Part shown: positions 8,887 to 18,443 of the stretch, piece by piece
Layout: each line of letters starts with the position of its first letter
Numbering within the stretch: position 1 is the stretch's first letter
Source of the DNA: Bryobacterales bacterium
GTDB lineage: Bacteria; Acidobacteriota; Terriglobia; Bryobacterales; UBA6623
Length of the DNA: 64,000 bases
NCBI GenBank assembly: GCA_965226435.1
Contig: CBDDCY010000007.1
Location: 17,680 to 81,679 of the forward strand
Direction of reading: 5' to 3'
Made by a program: the position numbers and the translations under genes
The notes under the pieces: model-generated
Databases searched by the model: none
What the model was told of the DNA's origin: nothing
What the model saw: the letters and a program-made list of their open reading frames with translations, nothing else

Positions 8887-10427
8887 AATTGCACATTCTT
8901 GCCGCTGTCGTGATGCTGTCGGCTTGCGGCGGTTCGCCGCCGCAACCGGATGCCGCTGCTCCCCCCGCGGACGTCGACCCCGTCGCCGTCACCCGCTGGA
9001 CCGAGAAGACCGAGTTATTCATGGAGTACCCGCCGCTTCAAGTGGGCGAGGTGGCTCGTTTCGCGGTGCATCTGACGGACATGAGTTCCTTTGAACCCCT
9101 ACAGCAAGGACATGTCGAGGTGCTTCTGGTCTATGAAAACGGTTCCCGGGAGAGCTTCGCCGTCGACGGCCCCTCACGGCCCGGGATCTTTGGGGTCGAC
9201 GTCACCCCGACCCGAGCGGGATCAGCGGCGATGACGGTTCATGTGCGATCGACGACGGTCGAAGACGCCCACGATTTGGGGCCCACGACGGTTAGCGATG
9301 CGGGCCGACCCGGCGACGCTTCCCCGAGCGCGAACGGGGAGGAACCGGAGACCGGAGATATCTCCTTCTTAAAGGAGCAGCAATGGGCGCTCGACTTCGC
9401 GACGGAGCTTGTCGGCCTCAAGCCGATGCGCGAAAGCTTCGTCGTGTCGGCCACGATCGAGCCTCGCACTGGAGGCCGCTTGGCGGTGACCGCGCCGGTT
9501 TCGGGTCGCCTGCTGCCGACCGTCCAATTGCCGACTCTGGGAGCATCCGTCGAACCGAGTGAGAACCTCGGCACCGTCGTTCCCCTGTGGGGCGGATCGA
9601 CGAATCGCAGCACTCTACAGCTTCCAATCGACGAAGCGAAGGTCGCCTTAGAGTCGGCCCGGAGAGAGCGGAAGCGCGCCGAGAGACTGCTCGCGGCGGG
9701 CGCCGTCCCGGCTCGCCGGCTGCAAGAGGCCGAGGCCCGCGAGGCGGTCGTGACGGCGCAACACAAGGCGGCGGAAGAACGAATGGCCTACTACGAAGCG
9801 ACCCGCCGCGACGATCCTCACCGGGAATCACAATCCGCCTTCTCGATACGATCGCATCTCGCGGGAGTCGTTACGGCCGTCTATGTGACCGACGGAGCCC
9901 ATGTCGAGGAAGGCGACACGCTGCTGGAAATCGCCGCCACCGACATAGTGCATGTGTCGGGCGCGCTGCCGGAATCGCGAGCCCTGATTCTGCAAAAGCT
10001 GCGAGGCGCGGAAATCGAGATCCCCGGGTCGGAGGCCTCTTTGCCGGTCGTCAAGCTTATCTCGACCGCGCGAGTCGTGGACCCGGCGACGCGAACCCTC
10101 AAGACCACCTACTTAGTGGATAACACCAAGCGGAAACTGGCGATCGGCCAGTCCGTCTTCCTCCGCTTGTTTACCTCGGAATCGGTGGAGGCGCCTACTG
10201 TTCCAAGCTCGGCGGTTGTGGATGAAAGCGGCCGTAAACTCGTCTACGTGCAAACCGGCGGAGAGTCATTCGAGGGGCGTCCGGTAAAGCTCGGCAACCG
10301 CCGGGGCGGGGAAGTTCAGATCACTGAAGGGCTCCGGTCCGGTGAGCGGGTCGTCACACAGGGGGCTTATCTTGTGCGGCTGGCGTCAATCTCAGCCAAC
10401 GCCCCGGTTCACGGGCACGCCCACTAA
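8883..10427 (+). CDS. czcB: RND periplasmic adaptor (CzcB/CusB family), lipoprotein
   Basis: Lipobox LSAC; VTAPVSGR; VDPATRTL; VPSSAVVDESG...VYVQTGGESFE...GLRSGERVVTQG; C-terminal HGHAH. Confidence 0.9.
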   Translation: MKLHILAAVVMLSACGGSPPQPDAAAPPADVDPVAVTRWTEKTELFMEYPPLQVGEVARFAVHLTDMSSFEPLQQGHVEVLLVYENGSRESFAVDGPSRPGIFGVDVTPTRAGSAAMTVHVRSTTVEDAHDLGPTTVSDAGRPGDASPSANGEEPETGDISFLKEQQWALDFATELVGLKPMRESFVVSATIEPRTGGRLAVTAPVSGRLLPTVQLPTLGASVEPSENLGTVVPLWGGSTNRSTLQLPIDEAKVALESARRERKRAERLLAAGAVPARRLQEAEAREAVVTAQHKAAEERMAYYEATRRDDPHRESQSAFSIRSHLAGVVTAVYVTDGAHVEEGDTLLEIAATDIVHVSGALPESRALILQKLRGAEIEIPGSEASLPVVKLISTARVVDPATRTLKTTYLVDNTKRKLAIGQSVFLRLFTSESVEAPTVPSSAVVDESGRKLVYVQTGGESFEGRPVKLGNRRGGEVQITEGLRSGERVVTQGAYLVRLASISANAPVHGHAH

Positions 10428-10434
10428 CATCGCC

Positions 10435-13400
10435 ATGCTGAATACACTCATCCGATGGTCACTCGCAAACCGGCCTCTAGTCGTGGCGCTCACTGCCGCC
10501 TTTCTTGCCTGGGGCGGTTATGCGGTTAGCGGGCTTCCTATCGATGTGCTGCCCGACCTCACCGCGCCGACGGTGACCGTCATTATCGAGAACCCGGGCA
10601 TGGCGCCCACGGACATGGAGTTCCTGGTCACGTTCCCGCTCGAGACGGCGGTGAACGGCGCTCCCGGCGTTCGACGGGTTCGCTCGTCGACAGCGGTCGG
10701 GGTGAGCATGATTTGGGTCGAGTTCGACTGGGGCGAGGACGTCTTCCATGCCCGGCAGACGGTGACCGAACGCCTCAACGTAGCCGCGGCATCGTTGCCG
10801 CCGGGCACCACCCGGCCGCTGCTGGGACCGATCTCGTCGGTGATGGGAGATGTTCTCTTCGTGGCGTTGACGTCGGATCGCCACAGCCCCGTGGAAGTGA
10901 GAACGGTTGCGGACACGGTGATCCGTCGGCGGCTTCTCGCCATCCCCGGAGTCGCCCAAGTGACGCCCATTGGCGGTGGACGCAAGCAGTACCAAGTATT
11001 GCTCTCCTCGCGGAAACTCCAGGCCCATCAGGTTACACTGACCGAAGTCGAGGACGCCCTCACCGCCGCGAACGCCAACACCTCGGCCGGCTTCCTGGTC
11101 ACCGGTGGACAAGAATACCTGATTCAGGGCATCGCCCGGCTCACCGATTTGGATGACATTCGCCGAACCGTGGTCACCTCCAGGAACTCCATTCCAATCC
11201 ACATAGAAGATCTCGGCACAGTCCGGGTCGGCGAGGCGCTCAAGCGCGGTGAAGGTTCACTAAACGGCGAGACCGCCGTCGTGATCGGCATCCGAAAACA
11301 GCCTCAAGTGAACACCCTCGATCTGACGAGCTCGATCGACCAAGCCCTCGAAGACATGGCAGCGAACCTGCCCGACGGCATGCGAATCGACGACCGGGTC
11401 TTTCGTCAGGCCGATTTTATCGAGGTCGCGATCGCCAATCTCGAAACGGCCCTGAGCTACGGAGGCTTGCTGGTCGCCGCGGTCGTCATCATCTTCCTGG
11501 CGAACGCCCGCGCGAGCGCCATCACGCTGTTCGCCATTCCTTTCTCGCTGTTCGCCGCCTTCCTTGGGTTCCAGGCGCTGGGGTTGTCGATCAACAGCAT
11601 GACGCTCGGGGGCCTCGCGATCGCGATTGGCGAACTTGTGGACGATGCCGTCATCGATGTGGAAAACGTCTTCCGCCGTCTGCGCGAGAACGCCCGACTC
11701 CCTCAACCCGACCGACGCTCCGGCCTCGAAGTCGTCTACCAAGCCAGCCTCGAGATCCGAGGTTCGGTCGTCTTCGCGACGCTGATCATCATGCTGGTCT
11801 TCGCCCCATTGTTCTTCCTGGGCGGGGTGGAGGGCCGGCTGTTGCGCCCGCTGGGTTTCGCCTACATCACCGCCCTGTTTGCGTCGCTCGTTGTCGCGCT
11901 GACCGTTACGCCGGTGCTTTGTTCGTATCTGCTTCCGCGAACGAAAGCGGTGATGAAGAGGGACGCCCCGGCGGTGATTCGTTTTCTCCGGAAGCTATAC
12001 CTCCCGGTCATTCGCTGGAGCTTGGCCCACGGCTCCCTCGTGATGGCGGCGTCGTTCATGGTGGTCGCCGTGGGGGTTGCGAGTTTTGGGTGGATGGGCC
12101 GCTCGTTTCTCCCCGAGTTCAACGAGGGCACGCTGACGATCGGCGCGGTCACGATCCCGGGCACGAGCTTGGAAGAGTCCGACCGGCTGGGTTCCGCTTT
12201 GGAAAAGATTCTGCTCGAGGTACCGGAAGTGGTTTCGACCGGCCGCCGAACCGGCCGAGCCGTACTGGACGAGCATCTGCAGGGAGTGGAGGCAACGGAA
12301 CTAGAGGTGCGTCTGGAGATGGGCGAGCGCCCGAAGGAAGAGGTCCTCGAAGAGATTCGCGAACGGGCCACGCTGATCCCGGGAACGCGGATCAATATCG
12401 GTCAGCCGATCTCTCACCGTGTCGATCACATGCTCTCGGGAACCCGCTCGAACATCGCGGTCAAGATCTTCGGCGATGATCTCATCACCCTTCGCGCCTT
12501 GGCCGCGCGGGTCGAGCAAGCGATGCGAGATACTCCGGGCGTCGTTGACTTGGCATCCGAGCAACAGACCGACATTCCCACCGTGACGGTTCGCTTCCGC
12601 CGAGACGCTCTGGCCCGCTACGGCATGCCGGCGGGGACGGCCGCGCAAGCCCTCAAGACAGTGTTTCTTGGTTTGGAAGTCGGCTCGATTCTCGAAGGGC
12701 AAGTCGCTTTCCCCCTTGTAATTCGGTACGAGGACGGCCAACCAGAGGATATGGAGACGATTCGACAGGTGCTGATCGACACCCCCTCGGGGGCGCGAGT
12801 GCCTCTATCGGCGATTGCGGATATCCGCGAAGACCGTAGTCCGAACTTCGTGACGCGGGAGAACGGGAGGCGTAAGATTGTGGTCTCTTGCAACGTGGTC
12901 GGGGGCGATTTGCGGGGAGTGGTCACGGAGATTCAGAAGCGGATTGCCGAGGACGTGAAGCTGCCGCGCGGTTACCGCGTCGAGTATGGAGGTCAGTTTG
13001 AGAGTGAGGCCGAGGCGACCCGCCGTATCGTATCGCTCGGCACCCTTGTGATCGTCGGAATCCTGGTCTTGTTGGCGACGGTCTTCCGGTCCTGGCGTGA
13101 CGCGCTGATCATCATGTGCAACCTCCCGCTGGCGTTGGTCGGAGGCGTTGTCGGCGTCTTTCTCGGGGGCGGGATCTTGTCGGTGGCTTCTCTGATCGGC
13201 TTTATTACGTTGTTCGGCGTAGCCACGCGCAACGGCATCATGTTGATCTCACACATCCGGCACTTGATCAAGGAAGAGGGTGTGACGGATTTCAAAGAGG
13301 CGATCACCCGCGGCTCGTCGGAGCGTGTTGCGCCAATCCTGATGACGGCGATGTCGACCGGGCTGGCTCTGATACCGATCGGCCTCGGGTTGGGAGAAAC

Positions 13401-13521
13401 CGGCAGCGAGATTCACGCGCCGCTTGCGCTGGTGGTCATGTGCGGCCTCTTCAGCTCGACCGTGCTGAACATGATCGTCGTGCCGGCGGCCTATTGGCGC
13501 TTCGGCCGGTTGGAGAATTGA
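10435..13521 (+). CDS. czcA: Heavy-metal efflux RND permease (CzcA/CusA family)
   Basis: LPIDVLPDL, GLAIAIGELVDDAVIDVENV, FLPEFNEG, GFITLFGVATRNGIML, ERVAPILMT. ATG at 10435. Confidence 0.93.
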   Translation: MLNTLIRWSLANRPLVVALTAAFLAWGGYAVSGLPIDVLPDLTAPTVTVIIENPGMAPTDMEFLVTFPLETAVNGAPGVRRVRSSTAVGVSMIWVEFDWGEDVFHARQTVTERLNVAAASLPPGTTRPLLGPISSVMGDVLFVALTSDRHSPVEVRTVADTVIRRRLLAIPGVAQVTPIGGGRKQYQVLLSSRKLQAHQVTLTEVEDALTAANANTSAGFLVTGGQEYLIQGIARLTDLDDIRRTVVTSRNSIPIHIEDLGTVRVGEALKRGEGSLNGETAVVIGIRKQPQVNTLDLTSSIDQALEDMAANLPDGMRIDDRVFRQADFIEVAIANLETALSYGGLLVAAVVIIFLANARASAITLFAIPFSLFAAFLGFQALGLSINSMTLGGLAIAIGELVDDAVIDVENVFRRLRENARLPQPDRRSGLEVVYQASLEIRGSVVFATLIIMLVFAPLFFLGGVEGRLLRPLGFAYITALFASLVVALTVTPVLCSYLLPRTKAVMKRDAPAVIRFLRKLYLPVIRWSLAHGSLVMAASFMVVAVGVASFGWMGRSFLPEFNEGTLTIGAVTIPGTSLEESDRLGSALEKILLEVPEVVSTGRRTGRAVLDEHLQGVEATELEVRLEMGERPKEEVLEEIRERATLIPGTRINIGQPISHRVDHMLSGTRSNIAVKIFGDDLITLRALAARVEQAMRDTPGVVDLASEQQTDIPTVTVRFRRDALARYGMPAGTAAQALKTVFLGLEVGSILEGQVAFPLVIRYEDGQPEDMETIRQVLIDTPSGARVPLSAIADIREDRSPNFVTRENGRRKIVVSCNVVGGDLRGVVTEIQKRIAEDVKLPRGYRVEYGGQFESEAEATRRIVSLGTLVIVGILVLLATVFRSWRDALIIMCNLPLALVGGVVGVFLGGGILSVASLIGFITLFGVATRNGIMLISHIRHLIKEEGVTDFKEAITRGSSERVAPILMTAMSTGLALIPIGLGLGETGSEIHAPLALVVMCGLFSSTVLNMIVVPAAYWRFGRLEN

Positions 13522-13656
13522 CGGGGTCGATGAGCATCGGGTCGTTGCCGCGGTCGTCGACTTGCGCGTAAGCTATGCTCTAGTCGATGTCCGCCACGCG
13601 CCGCCGCTGTCTCGGCCGCGTGGACGAGTGAGAAACAGTTCACGGAGAGGTTCCCA

Positions 13657-15672
13657 GTGATGCGCAAAGCTCAAGTCTTCCTTCTACTCCTCGGTTCCGC
13701 GGCGTCCCTGTTTGGACAAGCCAACACGGGTGAAGCGACGATCCATGTGGATGCCTCGCAAAAGGCGTCCTACACGATCCCGCGGACAATTTTCGGCACC
13801 TTCCACGAACCGATTCGGAGCTCGAATTACGGAGGCCTGTGGGCTCAAATCCTGACCAACCCGAGCTTTGAGGAAAACCTCTGGAGCGTTCGCAATGTTG
13901 AGACGATGGTGCGCGAGCGGCCGGAACTGCGGCGGAGTTCGCACATCGGGCTGCCCCTTCCGTGGGAATCGCTTCATCCGAAACAGGGCTGGCGCTTCGA
14001 ACCACGTTGGGCCGATGCCGCCAACTCCTTCCGTTCGCTGATGGTAATGGCCTTGCCGGGGACCGAAACCGGAGTCCGGCAGGCCGTCTACCTGCCGGTT
14101 CAACGCGTGCTGCGTTATACCGGCTCCGTCTACGTCAAGCCGGCGGCCGGGCCAGTCGAGGTAGCGGTGTCGATCCGTCGCGGGAACAAGCCCGACGAGG
14201 TGTTCGCCAAGGCCGTTTTCACCGCCGGGGGCGAGGGGTGGACGAAACACGAATTTCAACTGGAGTTGCCCGAGGGCAAGCTGTCGCACAACGAGCCGGC
14301 GGATTTCGTCATTGCCCTCACCGACGACTCTCGCGCCCTCATCGATCAGGCCATGCTCTACCCGGCCGACCATATCGAGGGCTTCGACCCGGAGATGGTG
14401 CGGCTCTCCCGCGCGTTGAAAACGCCGCTACTGCGCTACGGCGGCAATTACACGTCGGGCTACCACTGGCGGGACGGCACCGGCCCGATGGACAAGCGCG
14501 TCAGCATGATCAACCAGGCCTGGGGCATCCCCGAGTACAACCACTTCGGCACCGACGAGTTCCTACGCTTCTGCGAACTCATCGATGCCGAACCGCAGAT
14601 TTGCCTCAACCTCGGCAGCGGTACGCCGCAAGAAGCCGCCGATTGGGTCAAGTACGTGAACTCCAAGTGGGGCGACAGAGGCGGCGGATTGTTATGGGAA
14701 CTCGGCAATGAGTTATGGGGTGACTGGCAGATCGGACGCCCGACCCTGGAGCAAGTTGCCGGCAGGACCAAGGCATTCAGCGACGCGATCCTAAAGGTGG
14801 ACCCGCGGGCGCGCCTGATCGCCACCGGGCAAGACCCTGACAGACACAAAGAGTGGAACGCAGCCCTGCTGACCCTCGCTCCGCAACCCTTTTCCTACAT
14901 CGCGACGCATTTCGTGGTGGGTGACCGCGTGGTCAAGAAGAACCCCTCCGCGGACTTCCGCATTCGAGCGCGATTAGCGCTGCCGGTGGCACTGGAACGC
15001 CTTCTTCGATCCATGAACGAGCAAATCGCCGCGCACCCGGGGGCGCGGGACAAGGTAAAGCTTGCCTTTACCGAGTGGCTGTTCGCCGGCGAGTCGGAGC
15101 GCGTACCGCACTTCGACAATATGGGGGGAGCCCTATGCGCCGCCGGCTTCCTGAACACGCTGATGCGAGTCGCCGATTTCACTCCCATTTCCGATATGAC
15201 CGGACTGGTCGAATTCGGAGGAATGCTCAAGAGACGGTCCACCGTCTACGCGGTCCCGGCTTACTGGGCCTTCCGGATGTATTCGAACTCGGACATCAAC
15301 CGACTCGTGGAAACCCGCGCCCAAGTTGAGAGCTACGACGTGCGCGAGGGGAACAGCCGCATTCCCGAGATCCTTGATGTTCCCTATCTCGATGTCGTTT
15401 CGGCGTTGAATGAAGCCGGCGACAAACTGACGCTGTTCTGCGTCAACCGCAAGACCACGGGTGCGATCAGCGCCAAGCTGAAGATCTCCGGTTTTCGGCC
15501 GGCGAGCGCCACGGCGGTCGAACTGCGCGCCGGCAGTGTCTTCGCCCAAAACAACGAATGGCGCCCGAACGCCATTCGCCCGAAAACCATCGAAATCGAG
15601 ACGACGGGTGAAAGTCTCGATTATGTATTCCCGCCGGCAAGCGTCACGGTTCTGACCCTACACGGCCGGTGA
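13657..15672 (+). CDS. Secreted GH51 alpha-L-arabinofuranosidase
   Basis: Signal peptide; LRYGGNYTSGYHWRDG, FGTDEFLRFCE, WELGNELWG, KLAFTEW, FPPASVTVL. Confidence 0.88.
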   Translation: MMRKAQVFLLLLGSAASLFGQANTGEATIHVDASQKASYTIPRTIFGTFHEPIRSSNYGGLWAQILTNPSFEENLWSVRNVETMVRERPELRRSSHIGLPLPWESLHPKQGWRFEPRWADAANSFRSLMVMALPGTETGVRQAVYLPVQRVLRYTGSVYVKPAAGPVEVAVSIRRGNKPDEVFAKAVFTAGGEGWTKHEFQLELPEGKLSHNEPADFVIALTDDSRALIDQAMLYPADHIEGFDPEMVRLSRALKTPLLRYGGNYTSGYHWRDGTGPMDKRVSMINQAWGIPEYNHFGTDEFLRFCELIDAEPQICLNLGSGTPQEAADWVKYVNSKWGDRGGGLLWELGNELWGDWQIGRPTLEQVAGRTKAFSDAILKVDPRARLIATGQDPDRHKEWNAALLTLAPQPFSYIATHFVVGDRVVKKNPSADFRIRARLALPVALERLLRSMNEQIAAHPGARDKVKLAFTEWLFAGESERVPHFDNMGGALCAAGFLNTLMRVADFTPISDMTGLVEFGGMLKRRSTVYAVPAYWAFRMYSNSDINRLVETRAQVESYDVREGNSRIPEILDVPYLDVVSALNEAGDKLTLFCVNRKTTGAISAKLKISGFRPASATAVELRAGSVFAQNNEWRPNAIRPKTIEIETTGESLDYVFPPASVTVLTLHGR

Positions 15673-15719
15673 AAAGTGCGGGGAAGCGCGTTGGAGCTTT
15701 AGCGTGTCCGACGCCCTGA
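15528..15719 (+). repeat. 192-bp exact direct repeat, copy 1 (GH51 3' end plus downstream)
   Basis: Identical to 18153-18344 (offset 2625), from CGCCGGCAGTGTC to ACGCCCTGA. Confidence 0.93.
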
Positions 15720-15980
15720 CGGGGCCCCGCGAAGGATCCTCCAAACCCTCAATCGCGACCTGACAATCGCTGATGCCGATGGGAACGGGATTTCCCGACA
15801 TGATCCACGGACGAGGGCTCTGTAGTTCGTCTTGAGGAGCTTAGTCCTGCTCTCGGTCGCCGAAGTCTTCAGTCTTCGTACCAGTTCTGGTTAGATGATG
15901 TGGATCTACGGCGGTCCCCGGTGGCAGCACCGCTCGTATGAAGGGCGTCAGGGAGACTTGTCCCGACACCCAGGCGAAGT

Positions 15981-17318
15981 TCACTCGTGCCGTAAAGCAT
16001 CATCGGGTGGACGTTCACTGTCTGCCGGGCGGGAGGGTAGGAGCCGAGGAGGGTAGCGGCCAGTAGGACAAGGAGACCGCGATTGTGAATTGGTAGGCCG
16101 ATGGTCTGCCTTGCGACCCAATCGCAGCGCGCGACGGACGTACCAGCCTCTGAGACGCTGAATTGGTTTCCAGTTCGTAATCGTCAAGGCTCCCATGTCG
16201 GTGGGGCTGCGGGTGAGTGGCTCACAGCCGTCTCGGGTGACAAGCACCGTATCGGAATGACGAACGCCACCGACTCCCTGCAGGTATATGCCCGGCTCGA
16301 TGCTGATCACCATGTTCTCGGCCAGAGTGTCGGGGCTGCCCTCGGCAACCCAGGGACCTTCGTGAGTTCCCAATCCAATCCCGTGGCCGGTTCGGTGTAG
16401 TCGCGTGTCTTCGCCGCTGTACCCTTCCTGTCGCAGAAAATCGTTGACAGTAGAGTCAAGCTCGGCACAAGAAACACCGGGACGAGCTTTCTTGAAGGCG
16501 AGGCGGCGGGCCTGGCTCATTGCTTTGAACGCCTCCCTGACCTCCGCGGACGGCGGAGCTGTGAAGTAGGTCCGCTCACACTCTGCCGCATAGCCGTTGA
16601 CCCGGGTGAGCACCAAGGCGATATGCGGCCCCATATCCAGCCTATCTGCCAAATCGGGGATCGAATGCGGTTGCGCACTGCGAGGGGCCGCCCAGGTCGC
16701 CATCACCACTTTCGTCGTTATGGGATCCCAATCATCAACCTCGCGGATGATCCGCAACGTAACGGCGCGGGTTTCAGTAAAACCCTCAGCGACCGTGGCT
16801 CCGTGGTACGAAGCCGCCAGGAGCCGGCGAACCCCAAGGTCGGCGTAGCCGGCCGCGCGTCGAATCAGGTTGATCTCGGTATCGGACTTAACGGCGCGCA
16901 GCCGTTCGACCAGCGGCTCGGTGCGGAGGGTGTAGTCTTTCATCTCCGCCGCAATTTCTTGCGGTAGCGCGGGCTCGACTCCGATTTCTTTGGCGTCACC
17001 GATTAGCTGCTGGATCACGTCCGGCCACCCACGACCACGCGGAGCTGGATAGTCCCAGTAGGTGCGAATATGCTGCTCCGCAATATTGCGGGTTTCCTTC
17101 ATGTGCTCGTGTTCAAGCTTCGGCACCAACAGGATTGGAGCCCCACGGGCACCGACTAACAGGAAGAACGGACGCTCCAGCGGCTCAAATCCGGCGCCAG
17201 TCAGATAGAAGAGGCTGTCGAACGCCGACACGATGAACAGGTCCAGGCCGGCTGCCGTCAGGTTGCCCTGGAGGGATTCCAAACGCTCTCGATGTTCGTT
17301 GGTGGAAACTCGCAGCAT
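15981..17318 (-). CDS. M24 Xaa-Pro peptidase/creatinase-family protein
   Basis: LFYLTG, LRAVKSDTEI, GYAAECERT, HRTGHGIGLGTHEGP, ISIEPGIY, GVRHSDTVLVT; likely ATG 17318 with GAGG RBS. Confidence 0.9.
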   Translation of the reverse strand: MLRVSTNEHRERLESLQGNLTAAGLDLFIVSAFDSLFYLTGAGFEPLERPFFLLVGARGAPILLVPKLEHEHMKETRNIAEQHIRTYWDYPAPRGRGWPDVIQQLIGDAKEIGVEPALPQEIAAEMKDYTLRTEPLVERLRAVKSDTEINLIRRAAGYADLGVRRLLAASYHGATVAEGFTETRAVTLRIIREVDDWDPITTKVVMATWAAPRSAQPHSIPDLADRLDMGPHIALVLTRVNGYAAECERTYFTAPPSAEVREAFKAMSQARRLAFKKARPGVSCAELDSTVNDFLRQEGYSGEDTRLHRTGHGIGLGTHEGPWVAEGSPDTLAENMVISIEPGIYLQGVGGVRHSDTVLVTRDGCEPLTRSPTDMGALTITNWKPIQRLRGWYVRRALRLGRKADHRPTNSQSRSPCPTGRYPPRLLPSRPADSERPPDDALRHE

Positions 17319-17322
17319 CTGC

Positions 17323-17886
17323 CTATCCTCGCAGTCGATCGACTGGACGAACACTCAGGTCCGGGCGTCGGCGCACCCGAAAGAGGACCAAGATCAACCT
17401 CTCAAGCAGGGACCACAGACCAACAGCGTCAAGCAATGGGTTGAGGTAGTTGGTCACCACGCAATAGTGGCTGGTCTTGCGACCTTGATGATGCCGGGCG
17501 TGATGGTGTACCGACTGAACGACGCCGACGTCCTGGAGGAAAGAAATGAGGCGACCGTTTTCGCGGCGGCTCCGATGCGCCCACTTGTGAATCTCGTTGG
17601 CGTTGACACCGATAGCGACGACCAGCATGACCTCCCAGATCAGGCTGTTCAGCAACCACGCCACAAGCAGGGCGATACCCCCCATTACCAGTAGAATGTC
17701 CGCGCTCTGGAACCAGGTGTGTCTCGTGAAGTAGGTCGGTTCATGATGGTGCAGGATGTTCGGCCCAGTGATCAACTCCCCGGTGATCGGCCAATGCTCC
17801 TGCCCGCAAGCATCCTCCAACCAGTGGAAGAATCCCGACAGCAAGTCCGCGATCAGTATGCAGGCGACAGCTTCGATGAGCACCAC
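17323..17886 (-). CDS. CarF/TMEM189/FAD4-like lipid desaturase
   Basis: Histidine boxes SGFFHWLED, ILHHHEP, NEIHKWAH, HHHARHH, then YCVVTNYLNPLLD; 187 aa, hydrophobic. Confidence 0.8.
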   Translation of the reverse strand: MVLIEAVACILIADLLSGFFHWLEDACGQEHWPITGELITGPNILHHHEPTYFTRHTWFQSADILLVMGGIALLVAWLLNSLIWEVMLVVAIGVNANEIHKWAHRSRRENGRLISFLQDVGVVQSVHHHARHHQGRKTSHYCVVTNYLNPLLDAVGLWSLLERLILVLFRVRRRPDLSVRPVDRLRG

Positions 17887-18152
17887 GGTTTTCCCCTATT
17901 TGGTTGTATCGCTTCGTTGATCGTTACTCTTGCAAGAATACGAGGCCTTGGAGAGCCTGGCTAGAGAAGTGGTGACAGTTTATGAACTGTCACAGTTGCG
18001 CGAGGGAGGGATATTGGCCCCTGTGAGAAGCAAGGAACTTTCTCGAACGCTACGGAGATCGGCGATAACACCGCGCTCGACGCCCCCGTTGGCGAAATCC
18101 TGAATCTCCCTTGCCAAGGTCGCTTCAAGCACGCCGATGAAGGGCAGATGAT

Positions 18153-18344
18153 CGCCGGCAGTGTCTTCGCCCAAAACAACGAATGGCGCCCGAACGCCAT
18201 TCGCCCGAAAACCATCGAAATCGAGACGACGGGTGAAAGTCTCGATTATGTATTCCCGCCGGCAAGCGTCACGGTTCTGACCCTACACGGCCGGTGAAAA
18301 GTGCGGGGAAGCGCGTTGGAGCTTTAGCGTGTCCGACGCCCTGA
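18153..18344 (+). repeat. 192-bp exact direct repeat, copy 2 (orphan GH51 3' end)
   Basis: Identical to 15528-15719. Confidence 0.93.
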
Positions 18345-18443
18345 TGGGGGTAATGACGGCCTGAGAATAGCCGATTGCCGGTGGGAGCGGGATTTCCCTA
18401 CAGTAACCCGCGGACAAGGGCTATGTGGTTCGTTTTGAGGAGC

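Noticed and set aside
17980-18152. Gene fragment between the desaturase and repeat copy 2
   Set aside because: Short open frame with no recognisable motif.
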